From Eledone cirrhosa (lineage: Eukaryota), in contig OZ024740.1 in the NCBI GenBank assembly GCA_964016885.1, positions 386,818,001 through 386,882,000 on the forward strand: 64,000 bases of DNA. Reading direction: 5' to 3'. The notes below the pieces were generated by a model that saw nothing but the letters and a program-made list of their open reading frames with translations, was not told where the DNA came from and ran no database searches. Shown here piece by piece: positions 12,754 through 24,091 of this stretch (positions are counted from its first letter, which is position 1; every line of letters starts with the position of its first letter). Made by a program: the position numbers and the translations under genes.

Positions 12754-14242
12754 TCATCATCATCATCATCATCATCGTTTAGCGTCCGTGTTCCACACTT
12801 GCATGGGTTTGGACGGGGGTTTTCCACTTGAGGCAAGAGTGATTGTCTTGCTCGCATAGGACTGTCTGGCGGGTTTTCTACAGCTGGATGCCCTTCCTAA
12901 CACCAACCACATTTACAGTGTGGGGCTGGGAGGTTTTTACCGTGTTGCCTACATGGCCACATTACAGCATGGACTGTCTGGCGGGTTTTCTACAGCTGGA
13001 TGCCCTTCCTAACACCAACCACATTTACAGTGTAGGGCTGGGAGGTTTTTACCGTGTTGCCTACACGGCCACATTTACAGCGTGGACTGTGTGTTTTTTT
13101 GTCGTGACACCTACACGATCTCATTTGTTTCGGCCTCGATGGCGCGGGCACCAACATAACTTTACATTGAAAGGGGCGGTGTGGATGGGGTGGAGGTGGT
13201 GGGACGGGGGGGGGGGGGGGGGGGGGGGGGGGGTGATAGAGATGCCTACTGGCTGTAGTAGGTTTTTACTTTGTATTTAGGTAAGGCGGGTCTTCTCTAT
13301 TACTGAGTACCGCCAAAGGTCTCGGTCCAGTGACATTGTCTTGGAGAGGTGTAAGCGTGTGAGGTCGGAGTTTATCAGCTCATCCCAGGTTTTTCTGGGT
13401 CTGCCTACTCTGTGGCTACCGTCTATCTTTATTGCCCTGCACTTTGTTATACAGCTGTTGTCTTTCATGCGCATCACGTGACCAAAACAACGTAGCCTTC
13501 TCTCGAGTAAACAACATCTGATCCCTCTTATTTCTAATTTTTTCCTTAGTTCGTTTATGCTTTGCCGTTCACGTATATTACTATTGCACATCCAGCAGAG
13601 CATGCAAGCTTCGTTCCTCTCTAGTCTGCGTATATCCTCTGCACACAATGCCCAGGTCTGACTGCGATGCAGCATTGCTGTTCGTATGCAGGCATCGTAT
13701 AACCTGCCTTTCATTTTTAGGGAGAACCCTCTAGCGGCTAATAGTGGTATAAGCTCTCTGAACTTTTTCCATCCAGTTCTGACTCTAGCTACTGTACTTT
13801 CAGAGCACCCTCCCCCACTGCTGATTTTGTCACCCAGGTAACGGAAGCTGTCCACTATTTCTATAGAACCCTCTGCGCAGTTGAAGGAGCTAGTATTTTG
13901 TGGGCACTTGCTGCTACTTATTGCACCAGAGCACCGGCTACATGTAAAATCTATGTTCTTAGTTAGCTTACCTGTGATCCCACTACATCTTTTATGCACC
14001 CATACTTTGCATTTGGGACATAAAATGGAGTTTCTACCTACGCCTTTCCTACACACTGAGCATGGCCATTTCCCAGAAGGGACCGCCGCCTTTTTTTCTT
14101 TCCTACAAACTAGAACTTTAGTCTTAGCCAGGTTAATTTTAAGGCCTTTTGATTCTAGGCCGTGCTTCCATGTTTGGAATTTCTTCTCTAGTTCGGTCAT
14201 TGATTCAGCTATGAGCGTTAGATCATCTGCGTATAGGAGTTC
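12754..14242 (-). mobile_element. RTE subfamily A, 3' part (YADD to tail)
   Basis: ORF 13277-14260 (ELLYADD...KTRLT). (CAT)n at 12754 on the + strand. About 110 bp of the 3' UTR is tandemly duplicated. Confidence 0.95.
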
Positions 14243-14375
14243 GTACATACATACATACACCGGCAGCCGGTGTATGTATGTATGTCATTCAGCGCATCGG
14301 TAGGGGTTCTCCTACATGGATATAAAGTAGTGGCCATACTCGAAAACGAGTTGGCAGCCACCATGTATGTATACA

Positions 14376-17012
14376 CTCGCAGTTTAGCCCGGCGTTGCTC
14401 AGGTTTGTTCATTTGCTATGAAAAGTTACATACAGGTAAACGTGGCTTGAAAGCGAATAAGCTTATCAATTAAGTGCATAAAGCAGTTGAACCGGTTATT
14501 AAAAGTTACGAACCAATTAGCATTTTGGACAATCAATGATGGGTTAATAATCTTCCAATAGCGAATTTAGCAGACCAAAGTTGCAAGATGGTGGCCCTGA
14601 TGCCGCTGGGTGTCAGATCTGTCCGCCATGGGTGACCCTACCAGGAAATAGTTTTCCAGACGGCATAGCTCCAACACCTCCAACACATGCACCAACATCT
14701 ATAGCACCTCTTTGTAGACGATATTTCGTGTCATCCCTTGAGGAGTGTAAGCAAAAAGTCTATTCCTGCTCCCTACGTGGGAACAGACAACATGTGTGTG
14801 TGTGGATGCTACATTATTCGAGGTTGGCGTCTACACCACTCGCCCGATCTCGCTCAAATTTGCATACATCACTCCAGCTTAGGCTACTTTGTTTTTTGAT
14901 AGGTTCCCCCCAGGGGCCCGTAATCCACCTTTTTGTCTATTTTGGGTGAAATCGGGAGATGAGGTTGCATTTTATGCACGCATGAAAACTTTTTCCTTTT
15001 GAGTTTTTTAACCCGGTTTTTTGCTAATATGGGTAGAAAAGAGTCTAAATTTTGTTGACGTGCTCGAATCATTTTGAAATTCGGTCGAGAGTGAAGCTCG
15101 AGGTCGAATCTCCACTTCGTATATAGAGAGACAGGAATAACAGGTCTTATAGTAACATTACCTTCCCCTTCCCCCTTCTTTAGAGAGAGAGAGGAAGATA
15201 GAGAGAGAAGTTTTGGGTGTCACAGAAATATTACATTCCCCTCTCCACTTTGAGGATTTGATGTTCTGCAGCACGGGAGGCGGCGGTGGATACAGCGTTC
15301 TGGGACCTTCGCATAGCTGTCTGTATCTCGGTCTGGGATGCTCTGGCAGCTGCGGTGGAGGCCGAGTCCTTGGACCTTCGGATGGCTGTCTGTATCTCGG
15401 TCTGGGATGCTCTGGCAGCTGCCTTGGAGGCGGAGTCCTTGGACCTTCGGATGGCTGTCTCCTGGTCGGTTTCTGCGGCACGGGAGGCGGCGGTTGAAGC
15501 AGCGTTCTTTGACCGTCTGGTGGCTGTTTGCTGTTTAGTTTCGGAGGCCCTTGCAGCAGCAGTAGTTGCAGCATTCCTAGCCCTACGAAGAGCTCTTTGG
15601 CTGTCACTCTCTGCTGCCCTAGAGGCGGCTGTTGCAACTGCATTCTAACAATTACGAATGGCACAATTCGAAGCGGTAACCGTAGATAGAGAGGTGCTGG
15701 GTTGGGCTGTGCTAGGGGTAATTAAGTTTGAAAGCGAAGTAACAGGGGTTTGTGGCCAAAAATGCAGTCCGGCATCCGTAGACTGCTCATTCAATCGCCT
15801 CTTTTTTGAAACAACAGACGATGTTTTCCTACGGCTAAGGGTACTCTTTCTTTTCAGTGGCATGGTTGCAATAGTACAGTAAACAGTAAAGGGGAAGCAG
15901 GTTTAGAGCAAAGGCAAAAAAGCGAAGGTGATAAGCAGTATTTTGGGGAAGGTAAAAAAAAGTGACAAATTGTTACAATTTTAAGCAAGAAAAAAGTAAA
16001 CAAAAAAAGTACTGGGAATGGCAAAGTCCGAAAGCGAGGTCACAAAATGTAATGCAGTGAGAGTGAAGCACACGTCTACACAGTAGCCTAACCAAGTAGC
16101 AAGTGTAGCGTTTGAAAACCAAAGCTTTGCAGGCCACTCAAATCAACGATAAGAGTCTGCAGAATTTTTTGATAGCAGTCTTGCCAAAACAGAATAAAAG
16201 CTGCCACTTCCAGCCGTACAGGAAATTTTTTGTTTGATTCAAGGCGAAAATTTGTCCACTTCTCGACCGAAAGAAAGCAAAAACTGACTCAACTGGTGCC
16301 AGGTGGTCAGAACTGGCAGGAACTGGTTTGTGTCACGTGAAGCTGTAACTATAGCAACAATGGTTCCCTCGGTCTCAAAGACCAAAGTAAGTGGAGAGGG
16401 GAAGGTAATGTTACTGTAACACCGACAACGTCTCTCTCTATATTCCTCGCTCAATAAAAAAAGGGGAGGGGGAAGGTAATGTTACTATAGCAACAGTGGT
16501 TCGCTCACTGACCAAAGTGGAGAGGGGAATGTAATATTTCTGTGACACCCAAAACTTCTCTCTCTATCTTCCTCTCTCTCTCTCTAAAGAAGGGGGAAGG
16601 GGAAGGTAATGTTACTATAAGACCTGTTATTCCTGTCTCTCTATATACGAAGTGGAGATTCGACCTCGAGCTTCACTCTCGACCAAATTTCAAAATGATT
16701 CGAGCATGTCAACAAAATTTAGACTCTTTTCTACCCATATTAGCAAAAAACCGGGTCAAAAAACTCAAAAGGAAAAATTTTTCACGCGTGCATAAAATGC
16801 AACCTCATCTCCCGATTTCACCCAAAATAGACAAAAAGGTGGATTACGGGCCCCTGGGGGGAACCTATCAAAAAACAAAGTAGCCTAAGCTGGAGTGATG
16901 TATGCAAATTTGAGCGAGATCGGGCGAGCGGTGTAGACACCAACCTCGAATAATGTAGCATCCACACACACACATGTTGTCTGTTCCCACGTAGGGAGCA
17001 GGAATAGACTTT
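14376..17012 (-). mobile_element. Helitron-derived composite with ~500-bp inverted arms
   Basis: Arms 14755-15252 and 16513-17012. RepHel-like N-terminal repeat reading frame at 15250-15863. Helitron-like 3' end (ctgagcaacgccggg...cgag|t) at about 14376. Confidence 0.65.
15250..15863 (-). pseudogene. Helitron RepHel N-terminal region: basic leader plus five 23-aa Ala/Arg repeats, one in-frame TAG
   Basis: Reading through the TAG at 15645-15647 gives RAAESDSQRALRRARNAATTAAA / RASETKQQ... / RASQTEIQTAIRRSKDSASTAAA. Nucleotide period is 69 bp. Confidence 0.65.
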
Positions 17013-17998
17013 CATCTCAGCATCTCAGCAACTCAGCAACTATTTCCGAAGGCCCAGCTGCCTTACCCGTCTTCATATCTTTGATTGCCTTACTTATTAT
17101 ACTACCCTCGACTAACACTGCTGGTCCCTCTATTGGGTCGATGTGGGGGAGACTGTCTTTCTACCATTTATTCTCCTCATTTAGTAGCCTTTCGTAGTGA
17201 CACTTCCAAGCTATCTTCTTATCAGCGTCGGTGATGGCAAGTACGCCATCATCATTAAGTACACACTTCTCCCCGACAATATCATGGTTTTCCTTGACAC
17301 ATTGCCTAGCAATCCTGAACACCTCACGTTTTTGGTCCTCGCGTTGTAGAACATGCTTGAACTTTCTTTCCTCTGCTTCCCTTCTTGCGAAGTACACTTG
17401 TCTCCTAGCTTCCCTCCTGGCCACTTGGTAGTCTTCTCTACTTCCCCCATCCCGCCATACTTTCCAAGCCTTCTTTTTGGCCTTAATTGACCCCTCCACC
17501 TTACTGTTCCACCACCATGTTACTCTCCTCCTGCCTACAGGCCTGCTCCAGCCACAGACTTCGTCTGCCGCCATCAGCAGGTTTGCTTTCAGGAATTCCC
17601 ACTGTTCTTCTATATTGTACGACTCTAATTGCTCTTCCTTACTGTTGAAAGTATCAAGTAGTATGCTTTTAAATTTATTTCTGGCTGTGGGGTCCTTTAG
17701 CTTTCATATTTTTCTCCTGAGGATAGTCCTCGTCTGCTGTCTAGTATGTCTCGTCCTGACTATTAGGTCGCTAATTATCAGTCTATCTTGGGAGGTGCAT
17801 TCTTCATGGGGGAGGGATTTAGTGTTTACAACAGACACTCTGTCACGTCTTCTGGTAAAGATATAAACTACCTGGCTTGTGTGTGTCCCCGATCTATAGG
17901 TGATCAGGTGATTGTCTCGTTTTTTTAAGTTAGTGTTACAGATAGTTAAGTTATTTGCGTCACAGAATTCCAGGATTCTGGAGCCTTCCTCATTTCTA
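17013..17998 (-). mobile_element. RTE subfamily A, upstream (late endonuclease/linker) part; probably the same insertion as 12754-14242
   Basis: ORF 17161-17574 (VTWWWN...KCHYERLLNEEN) is nearly identical to 20121-20710. Same strand and colinear with the 3' part. Confidence 0.9.
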
Positions 17999-18021
17999 GT
18001 ATATATATGTATATATATATG

Positions 18022-18096
<75 letters not shown>

Positions 18097-18119
18097 TTAT
18101 ATATATGTGTATATATATA

Positions 18120-18196
<77 letters not shown>

Positions 18197-18411
18197 TTCG
18201 TTTCTGAATTTTTTTAGCAAGATTCTTTATCTGAAAACGTGTGTTGAAACCGATATTGTTATACTTTGGGAGGGTCTATGTAGCCAATAAGAAACACATG
18301 CACCAGTTGCTTTCACTTCAATTTATTATAATAAATTTATAAATTTAGGAATTTATAAATTTCCTGTTGGTTGGTTGGTTGGTTCCACAACCAGATGATT
18401 GTTTATATATT

Positions 18412-18454
18412 GTCAAAGTTCTTTCGTCACACATTCTGTGACCTCTTCAGTGAC
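18412..18454 (-). ncRNA. Degenerate minimal hammerhead motif
   Basis: GUCA-CUGAAGA-G-GUCACA-GAAUG-UGUGAC-GAAA-GAAC-UU-UGAC. Confidence 0.5.
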
Positions 18455-18631
18455 TGGGATACTTTTCTTTGTTTTTGTGCCTCTCCTTTGTTCTGTCCTA
18501 CGCCATCTTGTTTTTGTGTGTGTTGTGTGCTTAGTTTGCGCATGTGTTACATCCAGGTGTCTGTGTGTGTTTATATTTATATAAACACACACAGACACCC
18601 GGATGTAACACAAGCCATTCATCTACTTTGG

Positions 18632-20097
18632 AGTAGATGAATGGCTTGTGAAATCGGTACAAGCCATGTATAGGGGAGCAGTCAGCAAAGTTAGGATTAG
18701 CAATGAGTATAGCGAGGAATTTACCGTACATGTTGGGGTCCACCAGGGCTCTGTTCTTAGCCTCCTCCTGTTCATCATAGTCCTGCAGGCAATAACGGAG
18801 GAGTTTAAGACCAGATGCCCATGGGAACTCCTGTATGCTGATGACCTCGCACTTATAGCTGAATCGATGGTAGAACTAGAGAAGAAATTCCAAACTTGGA
18901 AGCAGGGACTAGAAAGAAAGGGTCTCAAAGTCAACATGACAAAGACTAAGGTCCTTGTAAGTAGACGAGAAGACAGAATCCAGATCCCCTCAGGAAAATG
19001 GCCTTGCTCAGTATGTAGGAAAGATGTAGGTAGGAACTCCATTCTCTGCCCCAAATGCTAAAAAATGGGTACACAAGAGATGTAGTGGGATCTCAGGAAG
19101 CTTAATTAAGAATGTAGGCTTCACATGCAGCAGCTGTGCTGGGACAGCAAGCAACAAACAGCCACAGGAAACAAGTACCACCAATCTCTGGGAGGGCCCT
19201 GTAGAAACAGTAGACAGCTTCTGCTACCTAGGTGACCGAATTAGTAGCGGAAGTGGGTGTTTAGAAAGTACAATAACTAGGGTAAGAACGGGATGGAAGA
19301 AGTTTAGGGAACTACTACCACTGCTAGCTGCAAAAGGCTTCTCCCTCAAAATGAAAGGCAGACTGTATGATGCGTGTATCCGAACAGCGATGTTGCATGG
19401 TAGTGAGACCTGGGTGCTGAAGGTGGAAGGCTTACGTAGATTAGAGAGAAACGAAGCCTCCATGCTCCGATGGATGTGTAATAGTAATATACGCGAACGA
19501 CAAAGCATATATGAATTGAGAGAGAAACTGAGCATAAGAGGAATCAAATGCTGTGTGCAGGAGAGATGGTTGCGTTGGTATGTACATGTGATGCGTATGA
19601 AGGATGACAGCTGCATAAAAAGGTGCAGAGCACTAGAAGTCGATGGAAACCGCGGAGTGGGGAGACCCAAGATGACCTGGAATGAGGTGATAAAAGCCGA
19701 CCTTACCCAATTACACCTCTCAAAGGCGATGACACACGACTGTGACCTCTGGCGTCACGCAGTTATACAGAGTACCCGACCTCCATGGGTACAAGCTGAA
19801 GCTTATAGACAATATGCCCCCACACTCCCCACTGCAAGGTGATCGTGGAGGTGCCACGGCAAAAAAGCACTCAGCCCACACTGTAAAGTGGACATGTAGG
19901 CGCAACGAGAAAGCACCCAGCACTCACTGTAAATGAGGTTGGTGTTAGGAAGGGCATCTAGCTGTAGAAATCAAGCCAAATCAGTTCCTGTATGAGCAAG
20001 GCATGGTCAGCCGACCAGACACTGCCCACAACAGGACAACCCGTCTAATCCATGCTAGCGTGGAAGAACGGACGTAAAACGGTGATGATGACGATGT
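18632..20097 (+). mobile_element. 5'-truncated, disrupted RTE LINE, subfamily B
   Basis: ORFs 18648-19061 (YADD) and 19351-19842; distinct 3' UTR; GAT tail. Confidence 0.93.
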
Positions 20098-20120
20098 ATC
20101 ATCATCATCATCATCATCAT

Positions 20121-22667
20121 CTAGAGGAACAGTGGGAATTCCTGAAAGCAAACCTGCTGACGGCAGCAGACGAAGTCTGTGGCTGGAACAGGCCTGTAGG
20201 TAGGTTGAGAGTAACATGGTGGTGGAACAGTAAGGTGGAGGAGTCAATTAAGGCCAAAAAGCAGGCTTGGAAAGTATGGCGGGATGGGGGAAGTAGAGAA
20301 GACTATCAAGTGGCCAGGAGGGAAGCTAGGAGACAAGTGTACTTCGCAAGAAGAGAAGCAGAGGAAAGAAAGTTCAAGCATGTTCTACAACGTGAGGACC
20401 AAAAACGTGAGGTGTTCAGGATTGCCAGGCAATGTGTCAAGGAAAACCGTGATATTGTCGGGGAGAAGTGTGTACTTAATGATGATGGTGTACTTGCCAT
20501 CACTGACGCTGATAAGAAGGTAGCTTGGAAGTGTCACTACGAAAGGCTACTAAATGAGGAGAATAAATGGGAGAAAGACAGTCTCCCCCACATCAACCCA
20601 ATAGAGAGACCGACAGTGTTAGTCGAAGTTAGTATAATAAGTAAGGCAATCAAAGATATGAAGTTGGGTAAGGCGGCTGGGCCTTCGGAAATAGTTGCTG
20701 AGATGCTGAAAGCCTCTGGAACGGTGGGACACACCATGGTCACGCGGATAGTAAACCAAGTCATACAGAATGGGGTTGTTCCGAAGGACTGGCGTAGCAG
20801 CATCATCATTAACTGTTACAAGGGTAAAGGAGATGCCCTAGATAGGAGTAACTATAGAGGCATTAAATTAATCGACCAGGTCATGAAGGTCACGGAAAAA
20901 GTTATAGCGCAACTAATCAGAGAGAGAATTGATCTAGATGAAATGCAGTTCGGTTTTGTGTCAGGCAAAAGTACCACAGACGCTCTTTTCATTGTACGAC
21001 AACTACAGAAGTAACTAGCTAAAAGTAAACCCCTATACTTAGCTTTTGTTGACTTGGAGAAAGCCTTCGACAGAGTCCCCCGTTCCATTATCTGGTGGGC
21101 TCTTAGAAAACTAGGTGTTGACGAATGGCTTGTGAGAGCTATACAAGCCATGTATAAAGAAACAGTCAGCAAGGTTAGAATTAACAACGAATATAGTGAA
21201 GAGTTTAGCGTAAAAGTTGGTGTACATCAGGGCTCTGTTCTTAGCCCCCTACTATTTATTATTGCCCTTCAGGCTATAACAGTGGAGTTCAAGACCGGCT
21301 GCCCATGGGAACTCCTATACGCAGATGATCTAACGCTCATAGCTGAATCAATGGCCGAGCTAGAGAAGAAATTCCAAACATGGAAGCACGGCCTAGAATC
21401 AAAAGGGCTTAAAATTAACCTGGCTAAGACTAAAGTTCTAGTTTGTAGGAAAGAAAATAAGGCGACGGTCCCTTCGGGGAAATGGCCATGCTCAGTGTGT
21501 AGGAAAGGCGTAGATACAAACTCCATTTTATGTCCCAAATGCAAAGTATGGGTGCATAAAAGATGTAGTGGGATCACAGGTAAGCTAACTAAGAACATAG
21601 ATTTTACATGTAGCCGGTGCTCTGGTGCAATAAGTAGCAGCAAGTGCCCACAAAATACTAGCTCTTTCAATTGCGCAGAGGGTTCTATAGAAATAGTGGA
21701 CAGCTTCCGTTACCTGGGTGACAAAATCAGCAGAGGGGGAGGGTGCTCTGAAAGTACAGTAGCTAGAGTCAGAACTGGATGGAAAAAGTTCAGAGAGCTT
21801 ATACCACTATTAGCCACTAAAGGGTTCTCCCTAAAAATGAAAGGCAGGTTGTATGATGCCTGCATACGAAGAGCAATGTTGCATGGCAGTGAGACCTGGG
21901 CATTGTGTGCAGAGGATATACGCAGACTAGAGAGGAACGAAGCTTGCATGCTCTGCTGGATGTGTAATAGTAACATATGTGAACGGCAAAGCATAAGCGA
22001 ACTAAGGAAAAAATTAGAAATAAGAGGGATCAGATGTTGTTTACTCGAGAGAAGACTACGTTGGTATGGTCACGTGATGCGCATGAAAGACGACAGCTGT
22101 ATAACAAAGTGCAGGGCAATAAAGATAGATGGTAGCTACGGAGTAGGCAGACCCAGAAAAACCTGGGACGAGCTGATAAATTCCGACTTCACACACTTAC
22201 ACCTCTCCAAGACAATGTCACTGGACCGAGACCTTTGGCGGTACACAGTAATAGCGAAGACCCGCCTTACCTAAATACAAAGTAAAACCTACTACAGTCA
22301 GTAGGCATCTCTAACAAAATACACCCCCGTCACACCACCCCCACCCCATCCACACCGCCCCTTTCAATGTAAAGTTATGTTGGTGCCACAACATCCAGGC
22401 CGAAACAAATGAGATCGTGTAGGTGTCACGACAAAAAAACACACAGTCCACGCTGTAATGTGGCCGTGTAGGCAACACGGTAAAAACCTCCCAGCCCCAC
22501 ACTGTAAATGTGGTTGGTGTTAGGAAGGGCATCCAGCTGTAGAAAACCCGCCAGACAGTCCTATGCGAGTAAGACAATCACTTTTGCCTCAAGTGGGAAA
22601 ACCCCCGTCCAAACCCATGCAAGCGTGGAACACAGACGTTAAACGATGATGATGATGATGATGATGA
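20121..22667 (+). mobile_element. 5'-truncated RTE LINE, subfamily A
   Basis: ORFs 20052-21014 and 21054-22274 are in the same frame, separated by a stop. (GAT)n tail. Confidence 0.95.
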
Positions 22668-22701
22668 TATATTTATATATGTATATATATATGTATATAT
22701 G

Positions 22702-22743
<42 letters not shown>

Positions 22744-23112
22744 TCATCTCATCTCATCTCATCTTCCTTTAACGTCCATATTCCACGCTCGCATGGGTTT
22801 GGACGGGAGTTTTCCCACTTGAGGCAAGAGTGGTTGTCTTGCTCGCATAGGACTGTCTGGCGGGTTTTCTACGGCTGGATCCCCTTCCTAACACCAACCA
22901 CATTTACAGTGTGGAACTGGGAGGTTTTTACCGTGTTACCTACACGGCCACATTACAGTGCGGACTGTGTGTTTTTTAGTCGTGACACCTACACTACCTC
23001 ATTTGTTTCGGGCTGGATATTGTGGTACCAACATAACTTTACATTGAAAGGGGTGGTGTGGATAGGGTGGAGGTAGTGGAACGGGGGTGTATTTTGTTAG
23101 AGGTGCCTACTG
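22744..23112 (-). mobile_element. RTE subfamily A, 3' UTR-only copy
   Basis: Reverse complement of about 22300-22650. Confidence 0.88.
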
Positions 23113-23716
23113 AATGATATTTGTAAGAAGGAAAGCAAAATTATGTAGTTCATCAGTAGTAGAATATTAATTATAGGTTAACTAAATTAAAAATAGTATT
23201 ATATTAATTTCTAAAGTGTATATTAATTAGGTTTATAATTTTTAAAGCAGAATTATGTAGTTCATCAGTAGTAGAATATTAATTATAGGTTAACTAAATT
23301 AAAAATAAATTATAAATTAATTTCTAAAGTGTATATTAATTAGGTTTATAATATTTAAAGGTTTTTCTCAGTTTATGATTACACGATATTATTAATTCCT
23401 GTCGCTTATTTAATAGGATATCCTTAGATTTCATTATTTCAAAAAGTTCTTGGGAACATAATCTACATTCATTTCTACTATTTTGATAAGGGGTGGCCCT
23501 GGAGTATGCTCAAAAGGGCCACCCCTTTAATTTAGTTAACCTATAATTAATATTCTACTACTGATGAACTACATAATTCTGCTTTAAAAATTATAAACCT
23601 AATTAATATACACTTTAGAAATTAATATAATACTATTTTTAATTTAGTTAACCTATAATTAATATTCTACTACTGATGAACTACATAATTTTGCTTTCCT
23701 TCTTACAAATATCATT
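23113..23716. repeat. Inverted repeat (191-bp arms) containing ~112-bp tandem units and a GC hairpin
   Basis: 23113-23303 versus 23526-23716; hairpin ggggtggccct...agggccacccc at about 23490-23525. Confidence 0.9.
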
Positions 23717-23914
23717 TCCTAAAACTGATACCATTAAGTAAACATATATAATGCTTTAACTTCAGGTTATGAATCTATGTTCCTTGAAAACTATATATAT
23801 TTACTATTTCTCACTAATAAATTTAATCCCCCCCCCCCAATAATTATATGTATATATGAGTGTATATGTATGTCTATATATATGTGTATGTATGTATGTA
23901 TGCATGTATATATC

Positions 23915-23975
<61 letters not shown>

Positions 23976-24048
23976 ATGTATGTATATATATATATATATG
24001 TGTGTATGTGTGTGTGTGTATGTGTATGTATATATATATATATAAGTG

Positions 24049-24091
<43 letters not shown>

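Noticed and set aside
15300-15480. Regularly spaced repeats resembling a CRISPR array
   Set aside because: Contiguous coding tandem repeats with no unique spacers and no cas genes, in a eukaryotic context.
15158-15664. Pro-rich 168-aa (-) and Ala-rich 120-aa (+) ORFs
   Set aside because: Alternative-frame and antisense shadows of the 69-bp repeat; the third minus frame gives the recognisable Helitron-like repeat.
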